Assembly (NCBI GenBank): GCA_963814275.1 | Contig: CAWFCE010000002.1 | Span: 1,195,263-1,259,262 of the forward strand | Source: Candidatus Parcubacteria bacterium | GTDB lineage: Bacteria; Patescibacteriota; Patescibacteriia; Patescibacteriales; UBA12075 | DNA: 64,000 nucleotides | Reading direction: 5' to 3' | Shown: positions 61,397 to 64,000 of the stretch, piece after piece | How positions within the stretch are numbered: position 1 is the stretch's first letter | How the letters are laid out: each line of letters begins with the position of its first letter | Position numbers and translations under genes: made by a program | Notes under the pieces: model-generated | Database searches by the model: none | What the model saw: the letters and a program-made list of their open reading frames with translations, nothing else | Told to the model about the DNA's origin: nothing

Positions 61397-61775
61397 AATG
61401 TATATACGGCTCCGCCGGACGTGAAATAAATATTTTTAGAAAGCTAACTAAAAGGAGGTGCACATGGATGAAATAAAAAAAGATGTTGGCAAAGACGATC
61501 CTTACAGAAACCTCAAAGAATGGGGTGAACGAGCGCGCAAAAAAATGAAGCCCGAAGACTGGGAAAATGCTTTAAACGCAGCCGAAAGCATTATCGAGAA
61601 TATTGCGCGCATCTGTTCTTAGTAACAATTAACATTCCATTCTGGGGGAAATTCGCTTTCCCCCGCTTTCTAAAAATATTTATTTCACTGGCTCTGCCCA
61701 AATTTTTATTTTTCTTTTCTCTATAATGATAATAATGAAGAAAAATAAAAACTTCGTGTATACAAAATGTTAATC
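61390..61775 (+). repeat. attC-like site, array 2 no. 6, split by a nested cassette (61421-61688)
   Basis: R'' ACTTAAC. L'' TGTATATACGG pairs with L' CGTGTATACA. GCTCCGC (61409-15) and GCTCTGC (61691-97) flank the insert, the latter abutting CCAAATTT. R' is GTTAATC (61769-75). Confidence 0.68.
61464..61622 (+). CDS. 52-aa hypothetical protein (nested cassette; absent from the ORF track because it is under 60 aa)
   Basis: Strong SD AAAGGAGGTG 5 nt upstream of the ATG. Translation MDEIKKDVGKDDPYRNLKEWGERARKKMKPEDWENALNAAESIIENIARICS. Followed by hairpin GGGGGAAA-TTCG-CTTTCCCCC. The cassette is bounded by a perfect 24-bp inverted repeat (61421-44 / 61665-88). Confidence 0.55.
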   Translation: MDEIKKDVGKDDPYRNLKEWGERARKKMKPEDWENALNAAESIIENIARICS

Positions 61776-61805
61776 GTAATTTAATATTTATTTTTTATTA
61801 CTTTT

Positions 61806-62078
61806 ATGGCAGAAGATAAATTTAGTTACAAAGAAACATTCAAAAGAGTATCGGCAATAATATCCATGTTTTTACTGATTATTTACATTTGGGCTGTATT
61901 CAATTTTGGTGGTCTTGGCGGAAGTTCTCCTAATCCTTCTTTTGGTGCTTTTACTAATCCAGTTATCTATATAATAATTATTGCAATTACTCTCATTAGT
62001 TCTGTGATTTTAACCATATTTATTAAGTGGGGAAAAGAAATCGTTAATAAAGTAAAAAGTAATAAAAATAAATTTTAA
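61806..62078 (+). CDS. small membrane protein
   Basis: 90 aa, 2 TM helices. Confidence 0.5.
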   Translation: MAEDKFSYKETFKRVSAIISMFLLIIYIWAVFNFGGLGGSSPNPSFGAFTNPVIYIIIIAITLISSVILTIFIKWGKEIVNKVKSNKNKF

Positions 62079-62243
62079 ACTCTGCGGATTTACTTTTCCA
62101 AATTCGAGTGACTAACACAATTAGCACAACTCCATAACAGCACAACATTAAGTGTACATCTAAAGTAAATCCTTGCCCCGTTGCACTCTCACTTTCAAAT
62201 TATAAATTTCTATTATAATAAAAATAATTTGAGTCTTCGAGAC

Positions 62244-62355
62244 GCCTAACAGCACGATACACGGTTCGCTCGCGCACTTGCTCTCCCAAATTTTTAAAAT
62301 GAATATTAACTTTAATAATGTATTTCAAAAACTTCGTATATCGGCAACGTTGTAC
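62244..62355 (+). repeat. attC-like site, array 2 no. 8
   Basis: R'' GCCTAAC does not match the upstream GTTAATC. GCACGATACACGG / CGTATATCGGC stems; GGTTCG; CTCTCCCAAATT; H2 with a TTAACTTTAATAAT loop. R' is GTTGTAC (62349-55). Confidence 0.65.
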
Positions 62356-62500
62356 GAAATAAATTTTTTATCTGTAGAGGTTTTAATGGTTAGTGTTTTG
62401 AACACGACGAAAATTTGATTTTTTATTTATTTAATGAGGGGAAATAAGGCGGGTTTTCTTCGCTCCGCTGCGAAAACGATTTATTAACATATCTAAAAAT

Positions 62501-64000
62501 ATGACAAAAAAACTACTTTTATCAACAGTGACTTCTATTGTATTATTTGGATTAATTGGCATTACAAATGCGCAAAGTGAAAAACTCCATATCTCAGAAG
62601 ATAATGTAGTCTATGACTGCCCTGATGGCCAAGTAACCGCGCCTGAAAATCTAAATATCGATATGGAAAGTACGTCTATAATTGACGATAGATTTTTTAA
62701 AGACAAAAACAAAGTTTATACGGTCTCCGAAAATTGGAAGGCCAGAATCTGTACATTCTATATACTTGATAATATTGACCCAGAATCATTCGTGATATTT
62801 AATGACTATTACCAAAAAGATAATAACAATATATATTATAGCGATAACTACTGGGGATTCGGCACACCGCAAATAATTGAAGGCGCGGATATAAATACTT
62901 TTACCGTTCTTAATGACTGGTACGCCAAAGATAAGAACTATGCTTATTATACACGCCTTACTGACCATGAAAAAATCACTATGGCTGATGTTGGAACCTT
63001 CGAAGTTTTGAGTGAAGATGGCAGTTACGCCATGGATAAAAACAATATGTACTTGTACGGCAAAGTTCTAAACGAAGCAGCTGACAAAATCACCGACAAA
63101 TCACTTTACCAAAATCTTAAAGGGAAAGTTTTACTCAAAGTAGAAGCTAATGGCGAAGCTTACTATGTACATCCGACTAAACAGGAAATGCACTATCTGT
63201 CCCGTCCGTTGGTAGCTTTCTATGTTATGCGGGAACAAGGAATAGGCATTACCGACGGTGATTTAGAAAAAATAGAAATTGCCATAGACAATATATCGGG
63301 AACTGATTCTGATGGAGACAAACTTTCGGATATGCTTGAAGATTCGTTGGGTACGAATAAATACAAAATGGACAGCGATGGAGATGGTTTTAACGACAAA
63401 GAAGAGGTTGTGAACGGATATAATCCGGCAAACAGCAAAAAATTGAATCTTGATAGCGGTTTTGCACGAGCTCAGGCAGGTAAAATTTTCTTGCAGGTCG
63501 AAAAAAATGGCGAAGCCTGGTATGTAAATCCCATAAATTATAAAAGATATTTTTTGGGAAGGCCGATTGACGCATTTAACCTAATGAGGGACTTGGGACT
63601 TGGCATAAGTGATGCAAATTTTGAGAAAATGATTAATAATGATACAAATTGGAAAATTTTTAAATCTACTGAAAAACAGATATATTATGAAACAGATGAC
63701 TGGTCATCATACAGCCCTCAAGATAGCGCCAATAAAGTTCAAATTGCTTTTGAGTACCCTGGAAGTTGGAGTTTTACTGGTACCAGTGTATTTGATGATG
63801 AGACAGGAAGTAAAATAGCCGAATTATTGCCTGGCGCAATATTATTAAGCAATAATCAAAACTGTTTCGATTCTCCGCATGATGACAACTTTGGAATGAG
63901 CAAACTGATCTCAAAAGAAAATTTTACTATCGAGAACAATAGTGGCGTAAAAAAAATCACTAAAACTAATACTAATAACGGAACTTGGTATCCAAATTTA
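62501..64000 (+). CDS. secreted multi-repeat protein, partial (open to the window end)
   Basis: Absent from the ORF track because no stop falls inside the window. The ATG at 62501 opens 500 codons without a stop. Signal peptide MTKKLLLSTVTSIVLFGLIGITNA; DKNxxY repeats (DKNKVY, DKNYAYY, DKNNMYLY); Asp-rich DSDGD repeats; two copies of GK(V/I)(L/F)LxVExNGEAxYVxP. Confidence 0.65.
   Translation, partial: MTKKLLLSTVTSIVLFGLIGITNAQSEKLHISEDNVVYDCPDGQVTAPENLNIDMESTSIIDDRFFKDKNKVYTVSENWKARICTFYILDNIDPESFVIFNDYYQKDNNNIYYSDNYWGFGTPQIIEGADINTFTVLNDWYAKDKNYAYYTRLTDHEKITMADVGTFEVLSEDGSYAMDKNNMYLYGKVLNEAADKITDKSLYQNLKGKVLLKVEANGEAYYVHPTKQEMHYLSRPLVAFYVMREQGIGITDGDLEKIEIAIDNISGTDSDGDKLSDMLEDSLGTNKYKMDSDGDGFNDKEEVVNGYNPANSKKLNLDSGFARAQAGKIFLQVEKNGEAWYVNPINYKRYFLGRPIDAFNLMRDLGLGISDANFEKMINNDTNWKIFKSTEKQIYYETDDWSSYSPQDSANKVQIAFEYPGSWSFTGTSVFDDETGSKIAELLPGAILLSNNQNCFDSPHDDNFGMSKLISKENFTIENNSGVKKITKTNTNNGTWYPNL

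Larger units (their letters stand above)
57970..64000. mobile_element. integron-like platform 2 (runs off the window end)
   Basis: Same architecture as platform 1: an attI-like ATAACCAGTTGTAC, at least 9 cassettes, 6 attC-like sites and 2 nested cassettes. Confidence 0.72.

Noticed and set aside
1-64000. Alternative genetic code (UGA or UAG reassignment), as in some CPR lineages.
   Set aside because: Conserved genes are intact under the standard code, and TGA (rfbA-like, NUDIX cassette), TAA and TAG (rpmA) all terminate well-defined genes. The single in-frame TAG at 24747 is reported separately as a probable nonsense mutation.

Overview
The window looks like a chromosomal segment from a small-genome, CPR/Patescibacteria-like bacterium. 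That placement is an inference from gene content and the many short hypothetical membrane proteins. Standard stop codons appear to be in use. Two core blocks (about 1-24.9 kb and 43.2-58.0 kb) carry housekeeping and cell-envelope genes: dtd, pilT, queH, a WecA/MraY-family transferase, a ClpC-like ATPase, rpmA, pyrG, rplI, an S41 protease, murA, galU, several GT2 glycosyltransferases, rfbA/D/B/C-like genes, two histidine kinases, two HIT proteins and an SPFH protein. One IS200/IS605-type element sits in the first block. Two visibly more AT-rich accessory arrays interrupt the core, at about 25.85-42.97 kb and from 58.89 kb past the window end. Each array begins about 80-115 bp from a divergently transcribed tyrosine recombinase (24920-25780 and 57970-58782, both on the minus strand). 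Each consists of short, mostly plus-strand, mostly hypothetical ORFs separated by 80-210 bp imperfect palindromes. These palindromes start with RYYYAAC and end with GTTRRRY, the integron attC R''/R' consensus. In most junctions the R'' heptamer is the exact reverse complement of the R' heptamer of the preceding junction rather than of its own, which is the classical footprint of integron cassette exchange. I therefore read these as two integron-like gene-cassette platforms. They are atypical in five ways. (i) The recombinases are short (286 and 270 aa) and appear to lack the IntI-specific insertion. (ii) The attC-like sites are long, modular and carry strongly conserved central motifs (GGYTCS, CCCAAATT, AACTTCG). 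(iii) Every ORF is also bracketed by cassette-specific 15-60 bp inverted repeats. (iv) At least six cassettes are nested inside the attC-like site of another cassette, just 5' of CCCAAATT and flanked by 6-7 bp direct repeats. (v) A NUDIX cassette and an ORF-less cassette are shared between the two arrays. All of this comes from reading the sequence; no folding, HMM or database search was possible.
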